DNA from: Eledone cirrhosa
Lineage: Eukaryota
Length of the DNA: 64,000 nt
Assembly: GCA_964016885.1 (NCBI GenBank)
Contig: CAXHJY010000767.1
Span: forward strand, 16,172 to 80,171
Reading direction: 5' to 3'
The stretch's first letter is position 1. Each line of letters starts with the position of its first letter. Of the stretch, positions 39,008 through 53,770 are shown in pieces. A model generated the notes under the pieces. It did not search any database and was not told the DNA's origin. It saw only the letters and a program-made list of their open reading frames with translations. Both the position numbers and the translations under genes were made by a program.

Positions 39008-39464
39008 CATTAATGTCAAGCCCGTGTTAGGAAGGGCATCCAGCCGTAGAAAACGCGCCAGACAGTCCTATGCGAGCAAGACAACCACTCTTGCCTCAAG
39101 TGGGAAAACTCCCGTCCAAACCCATGCAAGCGTGGAACACGGACGTTAAACGTTGATGATGATGATGATGATATATATATATATATATATGCTAAAGGGT
39201 GTGGATATTTCGGCTTTCTTTTGTAGGACAAGGGTAATTATAAATAGCAGGGTGTATATGTTTGTAGGAAATGTCTTATAGCATTATATTATGTCGTGGA
39301 AGATGGACGTTAAACGATGATGATGATGATATACATATATATATATATATATAATATATATATATATAGTGGTGGAACACTGGAAGGTAATATCCGTAGT
39401 GGTAGAGCACTCAGTCCATGGGGCGAGTTAGGTAGAAGTGGTTACACAACAGTTAGTTCACCAT

Positions 39465-39506
39465 ACCGAGAACAATTGTTTCACCTTAGCGGATCTTCAG
39501 CTCTGT
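39465..39506 (-). ncRNA. Hammerhead-like motif (variant stem II base)
   Basis: ACAGAG-CTGAAGA-TCCgctaaGGT-GAA-ACAATTGT-T-CTCGGT, inside a TA-flanked element at 39368-39510. Related fragment at 17484-17570. Confidence 0.6.
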
Positions 39507-39997
39507 CTAATATATATATATATAGTTTCCTTGGATGTAATGGGAATATTCTTCATAGAAGATACACACGTCTTCATCACACACACACACACATATGTAT
39601 ACACAGATACACATATGCCTTCATCACACACACACACACACATAAATACACAGATACACATAAGCATTCATCACACATACACATATATATACACAGATAC
39701 ACACATGCATTCATCACACACACAGACACACACATAAATACAGATACACATAAGCATTCATCACACACACACATATATATACAGATACACACATGCCTTC
39801 ATCACACACATATATATACACAGATACACACATATATATACAGATACACATGCCTTCATCATACACAACACATACACATATATATACACAGATACACACA
39901 TGCCTTCATCACACACACACATATATACACAGATACACACATGCCTTCATCACACACACACACACACACATATATACAGATACACACATGCCTTCAT

Positions 39998-40031
<34 letters not shown>

Positions 40032-40678
40032 CACAGATACACATGCCTTCATCACACACACACACATATATATACACAGATACACACATGCCTTCATCAC
40101 ACACACACATACATATATATATATACACAGATACACACATGCCTTCATCACACACACACATATATACACAGATACACACATGCCTTCATCACACACACAC
40201 ATACACACACATACAGTGCAGCTGTGATGGAATTCTTGACATTTATCAAGTGAATGCTACAATGGACATTGAGGAGATCTGAGGAATTTTTGTGTTGTTT
40301 TTTATTGTTGTTATTGTTGTTGTTGTTGTTGTTGGCTTTTTGTTCCATCTCTAATAGTGCATTGTTATCAGTCTTGGAGTGTTTCTATTATTTTTGCTCA
40401 TTAGGGGTGGATTGGAGAGTCGGTAGAGCATCAGACAAAATGGTTTGTGGCCTTTAGTTACAGTCCTTTACGATTTATGCTCAAATCCTACAGAGGCAGA
40501 ATTGGTTGGTGGAGCATCAGACAAAATACTTTGTGGCTTTTGTTCTCAGATTTTAAGTTCTGAGTTCAAATCTCGTCGAAGTCAACTTCGCTGTTCAACC
40601 ATACGAGGTCGATAAAATAAAGTACCAGTGAAATACTGGGGTTGATTTATTTAACTTTCCCCTCCACCAACTCCCTCG

Positions 40679-41093
40679 CCTTGTGTCTAAATTGGAAACC
40701 TTAATTGAGGGCAGTGGGTAGGCAGAATTGGTAGAGCGTCAGACAAAACCTTGTGTCTAAATTAGAAACCTTAATTGAGGGCGGTGGTTAGGCAGGATTG
40801 GTAGAGCGTCAGACAAAACCTTGTGTCTAAATTAGAAACCTTAATTGAGGGCGGTGGTAGGCAGAATTGGTAGAGCATCAGACAAAACCTTGTGTCTAAA
40901 TTAGAAACCTTAATTTAGGGCGGTGGTAGGCAGAATTGGTAGAGCGTCAGACAAAACCTTGTGTCTAAATTAGAAACCTTAATTTAGGGCGGTGGTAGGC
41001 AGAATTGGTAGAGCGTCAGACAAAACCTTGTGTCTAAATTAGAAACCTTAATTTAGGGCGGTGGTAGGTAGAATTGGTAGAGCGTCAGACAAA
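40679..41093 (+). repeat. 69-70-bp tandem array of a SINE tail-to-head junction, 6 copies
   Basis: ccttgtgtctaaattagaaacc (SINE A-like tail) joined to gggcggtggtaggcagaattggtagagcgtcagacaaaa (SINE A-like head). Confidence 0.88.
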
Positions 41094-44000
41094 ATAATTT
41101 GTGCTATATAGGTTCGACCTTTTTACATTCCGAGTTCAAATCCGGTCAAAATCACCTTTCCTTCTTCTAGGGTTGATAAAAGGGAGGGGGTGAGTGCCCT
41201 TACACCCACTCCCATCCTCCCCTCCATCACATTTGATGACAGGGGTCACCCCAGTTATGAATCTCTTGTTTTTAGGGCTATTTGGTTGCTATTTTCAGCT
41301 GAGCTATCAACCATGTGGAGGTTCTTGCAAGTGGTGCTGTTGGCAGAAATGATATTAGTAGTAGTAGTAGTGGTGGTGGTAGTACTACTAATATCATTAG
41401 TAGTAGTAGTAGTAATAGTAGTGGTTGTAGTGTCAGCTGTTGATAGTGTGGTGGTGGTAATAGTAGTGGTGGTAGTGGTAGTGGTGGTAGTAGTAGTGGT
41501 AGTAGTAGTGGTGGTAGTAGTAGTGGTAGTAGTGGTGGTGGTAGTAGTTAGTAGTAGTAGTGGTGGTAGTAGTAGTTAGTGGTAGTAGTGGTAGTAGTGG
41601 TAGTAGTAGTAGTAGTAGTAATAGTAGTGGTTGTAGTGTCAGCTGTTGATAGTGTGGTGGTGGTAATAGTAGTGGTGGTAGTGGTAGTGGTAGTAGTGGT
41701 AGTAGTAGTAGTAGTAGTGGTGGTAGTAGTAGTTAGTAGTAGTAGTGGTGGTGGTAGTAGTGGTAGTGGTAGTAGTGGTAGTGGTAGTAGTAGTAGTAGT
41801 AGTGGTAGTGGTAGTAGTAGTAGTTAGTAGTAGTAGTGGTGGTGGTAGTAGTGGTAGTAGTAGTGGTGGTAGTAGTGGCAGTAGTAGTAGCATTAGTAGT
41901 GGTGGTAGTAGTAGTGGTAGTAGTAGTAGTGGTAGTAGTAGTAGTAGTGGTAGTGGTAGTAGTAGTGGTAGTGGTAGTAGTAGTGGTAGTGGTAGTAGTG
42001 GTAGTAGTGGTAGTGGTAGTGGTAGTAGTAGTGGTAGTAGTAGTGGTAGTAGTGGTAGTAGTGGTAGTAGTGGTAGTAGTGGTAGTAGTGGTAGTGGTAG
42101 TAGTAGTGGTAGTGGTAGTAGTAGTGGTAGTAGTGGTAGTGGTAGTAGTAGTGGTAGTGGTGGTAGTAGTGGTGGTGGTAGTAGTGGCAGTAGTAGTGGT
42201 AGTAGTAGTAGTGGTAGTAGTAGTGGTGGTAGTAGTGGCAGTAGTAGTAGCATTAGTAGTGGTGGTAGTAGTAGTGGTAGTAGTAGTAGTGGTAGTGGTA
42301 GTAGTAGTAGTGGTAGTAGTAGTGGTAGTGGTAGTGGTAGTAGTGGTGGCAGTAGTAGTAGTAGTAGTAGTGGTAGTGGTAGTAGTAGTAGTGGTAGTAG
42401 TAGTAGTGGTGGTGGTCATCACTTGTTTATAAAGCAACTGTAAGGTGACAGTCGTGACAAATGACACTTCAGTACAAATATCACTGATTGGTCAAATTTT
42501 GTTGTCATTAGCAACAAAGTTAAGCAGGATACTAAAATTGTCACCATTCTTATTGGTTACATTAATTCAGTATATGTGTATGTGTATGTATGTGTGTATG
42601 TGTATGTATGTATATGTGAGAGTATGTATATGTGAGTGCGTGTGTGTGTATGTGTACATGTAACGTGGCTCAGTAGTTAGGGTATGTGAGTTCGATTCCT
42701 GGTGATACATTGTGACATGTGCTTTATTGTATTGAACCTGTAAAGATGAAAGGCAAAGCTAACCCAGGCGGCATTTGAACTCACAATGTAAAGAACCAGA
42801 ACTCTACGCCACAAAGCATGTCCAGTGCTCTACCAATTCTGCCAATCCACTGCCAAAGAAACAGGAATTTCTATATTTGTTAAATAAATTCAAGATTTAT
42901 CAAATATTTTTTACCAGTTTCAATTGGTTTTGACAATCTTATCAAATAATAATGATATTTAAAAAATTATTCTCATATCTTGCAAGCCATCATCATCTAT
43001 CTTCCACGCTAGCATGGGTTAGACCGGTCTCGCTCATATAGGACTGTTTCTGGTTGGTTTTCTACAGTTGCATGCCCTTCGTAATGCCAACCATATTTAC
43101 AGTGTGGGCTGGGTGCTTTTTGTCGTGACACCTAGATGACCACTTTACAGTGAGGACCGGGCACTCTTTGCTGTGTTACCATCATGACCACTGAAAATTA
43201 TTGTGTACAGTGCTCAGGTGCACTACAACTCATCAAAGGTGCATGTATAGTACATAGAATAATGTACAAATGTGAGGAAAGTGAACAGTGTATGAGTCAT
43301 GATACACACAGATACACACATGCGTGTTTGTGTGTATGGAGGGGGAGTATCAGGTGTAGTGTTGGTACAGGAAACATGGGAGTTTTCAAGGATGCAGTGT
43401 CCTGACAGCTAACAACCAATACATTGTATCAAAGTTTCTTGTGAGATGTAGTTTATGTAGTTGGAATGGCGAGGGTGGAAGTAGGGTCAAAAGGTCAGGA
43501 TTTAATTGATTGGGCATCTACTATAAGTGAAGGCGCATGGCTTAGTGGTTAGAGCATTGGGCTTGCAATCGAAAGGTTGTGAGTTCAATTCTCAGACCGG
43601 GTGATGTGTTGTTTCCTTGAGCAAGACACTTTATTTCACGTTGCTCCAGTTTACTCAGCTGTAGAAATGAGATGATAGGGACTGGGGTCGCTATCATTAA
43701 ATCACCCAAGACACCTCCAACGAGATATACCTTGGAGGAGGCCAGCTAAACCTGGACAGGTGTGAGCTGTAACAACAACAACAACAAACAACTACTATAG
43801 CCACTGGTTGACCAATGCCTTGGTTAACAGAAATAGTGCAGAAGCCTATTGTATATGGATTGATGTGTGGGTGTGTGTGTTTACATTTACTGTTCGTTTA
43901 TGTCCCATGATTTAGCAGTTCTAAAGGAAGAGATTGATTAAATAAGAACCAGAATTTGATAAAGAAAATACTGCTGTTGATATGAGTGACTTATATCTCT

Positions 44001-45112
44001 TCACAATGGTGCCCCAGCATGGTCGCAGACTAATTACTGAAACTATGAAAATAACACACAACCAAACACCCATACATGCAAACATAAACACACACACACA
44101 CATATATATATATAAACTAATCCATAACCACATACACACATATATATATATATATAAACTAATCCATAAATACACACACACACTATATATATATATATAT
44201 ATATATCTGTATATATGTATAAATATATGTTCTCAGTATATATATATATAAACTAATCCATAAAAACACACACACACTATATATACATATATCTGTATAT
44301 ATGTATAAATATATGTTCTCAGTATATATATATATATAAACTAATCCATAAACATATAGCTAAAGAGTCAGTAATTTATTGCTGATCTATAATTTATCAA
44401 GATTGATATTGGAATCTCTTTGATAAATGTTCACCCTGTCAGTGGTCACAGGATTCCTGCAAACTTTCAAATCATACAAACCTATTTCCTATACATGTGA
44501 TCAATATATATATATGTCTGTGTATGTATATATATATATATATATATATCATCATCATCATCATTTTATGTCCACTTTTCCCTGCTTGCAAGGGTGGGAC
44601 GGGAACTGATTCTGGCTTGATTTCTACAGTTGGATGCCCTTCCTAACACCAACCTCATTTACAGTGAGTGCTGGGTGCTTTTTTGCCGTGGCACCTCCAA
44701 GACCACTTTGCATTGGAATGATAGGGACCCCAGCCCCTATCATCTCATTTCTACAGCTGAGTAAACTGGAGCAATGTGAAATAAACAACACATCACCCGG
44801 TCTGAGAATTGAACTCACAACCTTTCGATTGCAAGGCCAATGCTCTAACCACTAAGCCATGTGCCTCCATATATTTATATGTATGTGTGTGTGTATATAT
44901 GTGTCTGTGTCTGTATATGTGTGTATGTGTATATGTGTGTATACACACATATACACAGTATCAAGGGGAGAATCAATTGTATTTGTTGACCTATTCAATC
45001 CTTGCCAACAAGGAATTAGTTAAGAAATAAAAAGCAATATATATACATGTGTGTGTATATATATATATATATATTTATACATACACACACACACACATAT
45101 ATACACACACAC

Positions 45113-45170
<58 letters not shown>

Positions 45171-45317
45171 TCATCATCATCGTTAACGCCCATCTTCCAT
45201 GCTAGCAAGGGTTAGTATTGGAAGATGGACATTAAACGATGATGATGATGATATATATACATGTATATATATATATCATCATCATCATATGTCTGTGTGT
45301 GTCTATATATATATGTT

Positions 45318-45348
<31 letters not shown>

Positions 45349-45915
45349 ATGTATATATATGTTTATATATGTGTGTGTGTGTATGTATGTATATATATGT
45401 TTATATATGTGTGTGTGTGTGTGTGTATGTATATATATATATATATGTGTGTGTGTGTCTATATATATATATGTTTATATATGTGTGTGTGTGTGTGTAT
45501 GTATATATATATATATATGTGTGTGTGTCTATATATATATATATGTTTATATGTGTGTGTGTGTATGTATATATGTATATATATGTGTGTGTGTGTGTCT
45601 ATATATATATATGTTTATATATGTGTGTGTGTGTGTATATATATATATGTGTGTGTGTATGTATATATATATATATATATGTGTGTGTGTATGTATATAT
45701 ATATATATGTGTGTGTGTGTGTCTATATATATATGTTTATGTGTGTGTGTGTGTGTATATATATATATGTGTGTGTGTATGTATATATATATGTGTGTGT
45801 GTATGTATATATATATATGTGTGTGTGTGTCTATATATATATGTTTATATATGTGTGTGTGTGTGTATGTATATATATGTGTGTGTGTATGTATATATAT
45901 ATGTGTGTGTGTATG

Positions 45916-45954
<39 letters not shown>

Positions 45955-46339
45955 CTATATATATATGTTTATATATGTGTGTGTGTATGTATATGTATAT
46001 ATATATATATATATGTGTGTGTATGTATATATATGTGTGTGTGTGTATGTATATGTATATATATATATATATGTGTGTGTATGTATATATATAAAGGTGA
46101 TGACAGAGGACTGAGATCTGTGGGTATTCTGTCACAACACAGCAATACAGAAGACCCCACTTCCCGTGGGCAGAGGCTGAAACTGAGGTATATATATTAT
46201 GTCCCACCCCACCTCACACACTCCCGTAGATCTCACAGGAGGACAAGCTGAAGTATTCATCTCGTGGAGCCTCCAACATACACTGTAAACTGGTTGTGAT
46301 GGTGACAGGACAAAAAGTGCCCAGCCCACACATGTTCAT

Positions 46340-46617
46340 ATATACATACATACATATATATATATATGTACATGTGTGCTTACATACATTTATACGTACA
46401 TACATATGTAAATATATACATATATATATATATATATGTACATGTGTGCTTACATACATTTATACGTACATACATATGTAAATATATACATATATATATA
46501 TATGTACATATGTGCTTACATACATTTATACGTACATACATATGTAAGTATATACATATATATATATATATATGTACATGTGTGCTTACATACATTTATA
46601 CGTACATACATATGTAA

Positions 46618-46648
<31 letters not shown>

Positions 46649-46759
46649 CATGTGTGCTTACATACATTTATACGTACATACATATGTAAATATATACATA
46701 TATATATATATATATGTACATGTGTGCTTACATACATTTATACGTACATACATATGTAA

Positions 46760-46790
<31 letters not shown>

Positions 46791-46901
46791 CATGTGTGCT
46801 TACATACATTTATACGTACATACATATGTAAATATATACATATATATATATATATATGTACATGTGTGCTTACATACATTTATACGTACATACATATGTA
46901 A

Positions 46902-46932
<31 letters not shown>

Positions 46933-47133
46933 CATGTGTGCTTACATACATTTATACGTACATACATATGTAAGTATATACATATATATATATATATATG
47001 TACATGTGTGCTTACATACATTTATACGTACATACATATGTAAATATATACATATATATATATATATATATATGTACATGTGTGCTTACATACATTTATA
47101 CGTACATACATATGTAAATATATACATATATAT

Positions 47134-47135
<2 letters not shown>
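46340..47135. repeat. ~70-bp minisatellite with a variable internal (TA)n, ~11 copies
   Basis: gtacatgtgtgcttacatacatttatacgtacatacatatgtaaatatatacat(at)n. Confidence 0.92.
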
Positions 47136-47170
<35 letters not shown>

Positions 47171-47460
47171 TGGTGTTAGGAAGGGCATCCAGCTGTAGAA
47201 ATCAAGCCAGAATCAGTTCCCATATGAGCAAGACAAGGTCAGTCGACTGGACAACCTGTCAAACCCATGCTAGCGTGGAAGAACAGACGTAAAACAGTGA
47301 TGATGATGATATATATATACATGTATACACACATTGAAACAAATACAGTAACTTAACCTATACATGGTATCATGAAAAGAAAATCTTTTTTGGGGAAATT
47401 ATTAGATTTTTCCAAATTTAAAGGTTTCTTAGGAACCTTCAATGTTTATTTTAGGTTTTG

Positions 47461-47518
47461 CCGTCTGAAGAGCTCAGGCTGTCATAACTGATAGTCCTCA
47501 GTGAAATATGTATAAGGG
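47461..47518 (+). ncRNA. Degenerate hammerhead-like motif
   Basis: CCGT-CTGAAGA-GCTCAGGCTGTCAtaacTGATAGTCCTCAGT-GAA-ATATGTAT-A-AGGG, then AATAAA. One stem I mismatch. Confidence 0.55.
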
Positions 47519-47582
47519 AGTTTTAAATAAACCTGAATCAACTGAATATGGCCTCCGATCTTTTATTAACAATAATATATAT

Positions 47583-47645
<63 letters not shown>

Positions 47646-47652
<7 letters not shown>

Positions 47653-47847
47653 AACAAGGTGTAGTAAGATACCAGGTGAACATATAACACACCAGAGTAC
47701 TCGATACTTAGGGTAGTAGAGTGGGTAATAGGAAAAGAGTCAGGACCCCGACAGCTGAGCTCCGACCATTTCAACAGCTAGATCTGAATGGTTTGGATCT
47801 AGCTGTCGAAATGGCTGGATCTCAGCCGTCGGGGTCCTGACTCTCTT

Positions 47848-47850
<3 letters not shown>
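47646..47850 (-). mobile_element. Family H copy 3 (diverged)
   Basis: Diverged tail (accagagtactcgatacttagggtagtagagtggg), hairpin, TA flanks. Confidence 0.78.
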
Positions 47851-47894
<44 letters not shown>

Positions 47895-48438
47895 CAATAT
47901 ATGTATTTACATTCACATTCATTTACACACATATGTGTGTCTGTGTGGGTGTGTTACAGTGTGTGTGAGTATGTCTGTGAATATGTAATCATCAGATACC
48001 ATAAATACCTATTCTCTACTAATATGACTTATTTGGCCCTACTTCCCCCCATTTTATTAATTTCCTCAATATTATATTCTACTTAATAATATTCTTTATT
48101 TTCATGTCACTACATTTTACTGTCTGATGTATTTCGTCTATCTGATCTAATTATGATCAACAGCACTTGGGACATCATATGTAACCTTGAAATAGATTTC
48201 TTTCAGTAAATACTATGAAACTATTAGTATTATGAAGTCATATACCATATCATCATTATTGTCAATATATTAACATCTGCTTTTCCTGCAAACAAGGGTC
48301 TACATAAACCAAGTCACTGGTTTCACCCTTAACAGGATCTTCTGAAACTCATTTGCTGAAATATTTTCATATATATATATATATATTATCCTTATCGAGC
48401 CCTCTTCGGATTTTAGTCTTCACATTTATTATTATTAC

Positions 48439-48469
<31 letters not shown>

Positions 48470-49652
48470 AAAACACTTTTTATAGTAGACACCATAAACT
48501 TACAAAGGCCCCAACAAACAGAAACACCAATATAACAAGCTGTTATATATGACTTGAAGTTCTTTTGTTAGCACTTGTTTAGTTTGGAGGAGGTTTTAAA
48601 TAACTTGAGTTTTGCATCATCATCATCATCACCACCACCACAGTCATCATCATCATCTACCATCCATTAGCTCTTCTAGCAAGGGAAGGACGGGTCATCA
48701 CAAACTGAGTTTGTACTCAAGAGGAGCTACTAACCTCTCACATTATTACTATTCCCTTTCCATTCTGAGTTCAAATCCCGCCAAGGTAAACTTTGCCTTT
48801 CATCCTTACGGGGTCGATAAAATAAAGTACCAGTAATGCACTGGGATAATTGCTGGCCTTGTGCCAAAAGTAGAAACAATTATTATTATTATTATTATTA
48901 GGGTGGCGGACTGACAGTATCGGCAGAGTGTTGGACATTACGGTCTGCGGCACAGAGTTATGGCCCTTTACGTTCTGAGTTCAAATCCTGCCGAGGTCAG
49001 CTTTGCCTTTCATCCTTATGGGGTAGATAAATAAAGTATGTCAGAGGTTCTGAAAGTGAGCACTGTACACAATTTCATTATTATTATTATTATATATAAA
49101 TTAACGACTTTATTTATATATTATTTACAGTTTGTGTGTAGGCAGGTCTGTCTGGAAATAGGGTTGGGGGTGTGGGGATATTAGGTGGCCGTGAGGAGGG
49201 GGGGGGAGGGGGCGAAAAGCTTCAGAGCCTCTGATGTATTTTATAGCTGTCTCTTAAAAGACACGGCAGTTATGGAATGTCTTTGATTTAAGGTCTGCAC
49301 GATTACAGTTAATCTGCAACATAACCACATTGTGTTGTGTGGAACAAAGAGTGCACTACATGATTGCTTAATCTACTGCACTGAACTGGAATGACTTTGA
49401 TCATGTGTCAGCACAGCCATGGCTAGCCCAGGGTTAAACAATAACTCGATCAATCATATCCAAATCAATAGACCTGTACATAGCCATTCAACATAACAGT
49501 AGGGGGATGGGATCATTATACGAGACAGACTGGTTAGGTGACTACGTTTGGCTTATAGGGTCCATTTTAAGTTGGGTTTCTATGGGGGTAACCACAGTAA
49601 GGTACTCAATACATAGAGTATAAATATTTAATATAAATATATAGATATTTAA

Positions 49653-49688
<36 letters not shown>

Positions 49689-50082
49689 TGTATGTATGTA
49701 TGTATGTATGTATGTATGTATGTATGTATGTATGTATGTATGTATGTATGTATGTATGTATGTATGTATGTATGTATAAAAAGGTTACTAGTCAAAACCA
49801 CCTGAAGCTCACAGTTTATCCTCATTTAAACCATGTGACTAATAAGATGACATGCAATAGTTTGTATATTGTGGCTCAATGACATTCGATGTCATTTTAG
49901 CCAAATGGAGGGAAAATGAAACGCACAACTGTCAGTTATAGTAACAGGATATCTTTTTATTTATTTGCTGTGTCGTGTGAATCTTAACAGTTACTCAAGA
50001 AGAAATTGATTCCAATTTTGATTTCCATAAGTTGAGCAGTTACAAAGGTCTATCATATTACCGAAGCAGAAAAGGTATTGAA

Positions 50083-50206
50083 ATGTGTCTACCATGAAAT
50101 GTGTCTACCATGGGATGTGTCTACCATGCAATGTGTCTACCATGGGATGTGTCTACCATGGGATGTGTCTACCATGGGATGTGTCTACCATGGGATGTGT
50201 CTACCA
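50083..50206. repeat. 16-bp minisatellite, ~8 copies
   Basis: atgtgtctaccatggg. Confidence 0.9.
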
Positions 50207-50420
50207 AGGTATCATTGATGATTCAACAGTTGGCATAGTTTAATTGACAAGTTTAGATGGAATATTAGAGTAATGAGATATATATATCATCCTGTCCCCC
50301 TGCAAGTGGTGTGGTGACAGTCGGTGTGGTGTCACTCTAGACACCTTTGTAGTCATCACCATTGGTGGCCATTTTCTGTCATGTGTAGAACGATTGTCTG
50401 CTTCTATATATATATATATA

Positions 50421-50611
50421 TAACGAAGGAAATGTGGTAAGGAACCAGGTGGACCATAACGCACCAAAGTACTCAATACTTGAGGTAGTAGAGTGGGTAA
50501 TAGGAACCAGTAAGACCCCGACAGCTGAGCTCAAGCCGTTTCGACGGCTAATTCTGGTCCTGAATTAGCCGTCGAAACGGCTTGAGCTCAGCTGTCGGGG
50601 TCTTACTGGTT

Positions 50612-50614
<3 letters not shown>
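50421..50614 (-). mobile_element. Family H copy 4
   Basis: Same tail, perfectly complementary arms, TA flanks. Confidence 0.8.
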
Positions 50615-50665
<51 letters not shown>

Positions 50666-50975
50666 CATACATATGGAGGAGGTTATAGTTCACTTGAAGC
50701 ATTGTGTAATGAGGTATAAACGTTTGTATATGTATAATAAAGCCAAAACAATGCAGGTATGGACATAGAATAAAGTTGTCAAACCAGTGTTCTAAATAGA
50801 ACACTGGTTTGACAACTTTATTCCCTCTGAAGAAGAGATATTATCTCGAAAATTTAGGACATTTAAATAAATCTAAGGTAAAAGACTAATTGTCAACAAT
50901 ATCTTTTGCATTTGCATTCTTTATTCTATGTCCATACCTGCATTGTTTTGGCTTTATTATACATATACAAACGTT

Positions 50976-51012
<37 letters not shown>

Positions 51013-51258
51013 GTGTGTGTGTGAATATATGATATATATATATGTACATATATATAAATAGAATATATTTGTGAATATATATAAATAGAATATATATATA
51101 TGTGTATATATATAAATATATAATATATATGTATAATGTATATATATATATATAAATATGTATAATATATATATATAATATATATATATATAAATATGTA
51201 TAATATATATATATAATGTCTATATATATATATATAATATATATATATGCATAATATA

Positions 51259-51585
51259 TTACACAAAAAGAAGTGTGTTACACAGTGAGAAGTGTGTAAA
51301 GAATTATTACAAGTGGTGAAACGAACAAGATTCGTATCAGCAAACCTATAGTTATAAGGTTGGTAATTTAAAACTCTAATCCAGAGATTTGATTCTGACT
51401 TGGTTTTTTTCTATTTAATTGCTAAACCTGTAGATATTGTTCTCTATACAGTAACGGTAAAACTCACTTGTAATAATTCTTTACACACTTCTCACTGTGT
51501 AACACACTTCTCTTTGTGTAATATATTTGCATTTGAGCTCAGAAGAAAATTCTCTATTCTTCTTTGAGCTAATATTATTATTATT
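51259..51585 (+). mobile_element. TA-flanked inverted-repeat element
   Basis: ~55-bp arms 51259-51315 vs 51466-51522, then a tail with atttgagctc. Confidence 0.6.
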
Positions 51586-51628
51586 ACTGTGAACTACGGA
51601 ATACTCTTAATTCCGATATTTGTATATG

Positions 51629-51664
<36 letters not shown>

Positions 51665-51797
51665 AATATATATATATATATATATGTATATATATGTATA
51701 ATGTATATATATAATATATTTAATATATATAATGTATATATATATATATATATATATGTAAATGTGTATATATATATATATATATATATACATGTAA

Positions 51798-51835
<38 letters not shown>

Positions 51836-51836
51836 A

Positions 51837-51882
<46 letters not shown>

Positions 51883-51883
51883 A

Positions 51884-51914
<31 letters not shown>

Positions 51915-52329
51915 ATGTATATATATAATATATATAATATATATAATGTATATATGTAATATATATAATATATATAATGTATATATATAATATATATAAT
52001 GTATATATATATGTATAATATATAATATATTTAATATATATATATATATATGTATTATATATAATTGTTTCTACTATTGGCACAAGGCCAGCAATTACCC
52101 AGTGTATTACTGGTACTTTATTTTATCGACCCCGTAAGGATGAAAGGCAAAGTTAACCTCGACGGGATTTGAACTGAGAACATAAAGGGAAACAATGGCG
52201 TCCGACCCTCTACCGATACTGCCAATCCACCGCCCATATGTAATATATATAATGTGTGTATATATATATATATACACATTATATCAAAGGCGGTGCCCCA
52301 GCATGGCCTCAGTGCATGGCTGGGACAGT

Positions 52330-52333
<4 letters not shown>

Positions 52334-52364
<31 letters not shown>

Positions 52365-52509
52365 CCTATATATATATATATATATACATACCTATATATA
52401 TATATATATATATACATACCTATATATATATATATATATATATACATACCTATATATATATATATATATATATACATACCTATATATATATATATATATA
52501 TATACATAC

Positions 52510-52542
<33 letters not shown>

Positions 52543-52906
52543 CCTATATATATATATATACATACCTATATATATATATATATATATACATACCTATATA
52601 TATATATATATATACATACCTATATATATATATATATATATATACATACCTATATATATATATATATATATATACATACCTATATATATATATATATACA
52701 TACCTATATATATATATATATATATACATACCTATATATATATATATATATATATACATACCTATATATATATATATATATATATACATACCTATATATA
52801 TATATATATACATACCTATATATATATATATATATATATACATACCTATATATATATACATACCTATATATATATATATACATACCTATATATATATATA
52901 TACATA

Positions 52907-52942
<36 letters not shown>

Positions 52943-53098
52943 CCTATATATATATATATACATACCTATATATATATATATATACATACCTATATATATA
53001 TATACATACCTATATATATATATATATACATACCTATATATATATATACATACCTATATATATATATATATATACCTATATATATATATATATACATA

Positions 53099-53144
<46 letters not shown>

Positions 53145-53473
53145 CCTATATATATATATATACATACCTATATATATATATATACATACCTATATATATA
53201 TATATATATATACCTATATATATATATATATACCTATATATATATATATATATATATACATACATATATACATACCTATATATATATATATATACCTATA
53301 TATATATATATATACATACCTATATATATATATACATACATATATACATACCTATATATATATATATATATACCTATATATATATATATATACATACCTA
53401 TATATATATATATATACATACCTATATATATATATATATATACCTATATATATATATATATATATATACATAC

Positions 53474-53506
<33 letters not shown>

Positions 53507-53581
53507 CCTATATATATATACATACCTATATATATATATATATATATACATACCTATATATATATATATATATATATATAT

Positions 53582-53616
<35 letters not shown>

Positions 53617-53770
53617 TAGGTAGATATATAGATTTATATATAGATAGGTATATATATATATAGATAGGTAGATATATATATATATATATATACCTATATA
53701 TAGATATATATATATATATACCTATATATAGATATATATATATAGGTAGATATATAGATATATATAGATA
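52334..53770. repeat. (TA)n array punctuated by CATACC; similar punctuated TA/TG arrays at 10410-10900, 29680-30300, 35850-36450, 45290-46095, 62960-64000
   Basis: Direct inspection. Confidence 0.95.

Noticed and set aside
43530-43600. tRNA gene
   Set aside because: A- and B-box-like head that continues into the SINE B body and occurs in several diverged copies. It is a SINE head.
45199-53623. Long Tyr/Ile/Cys/Val-rich ORFs
   Set aside because: Translations of (TA)n/(TG)n arrays.
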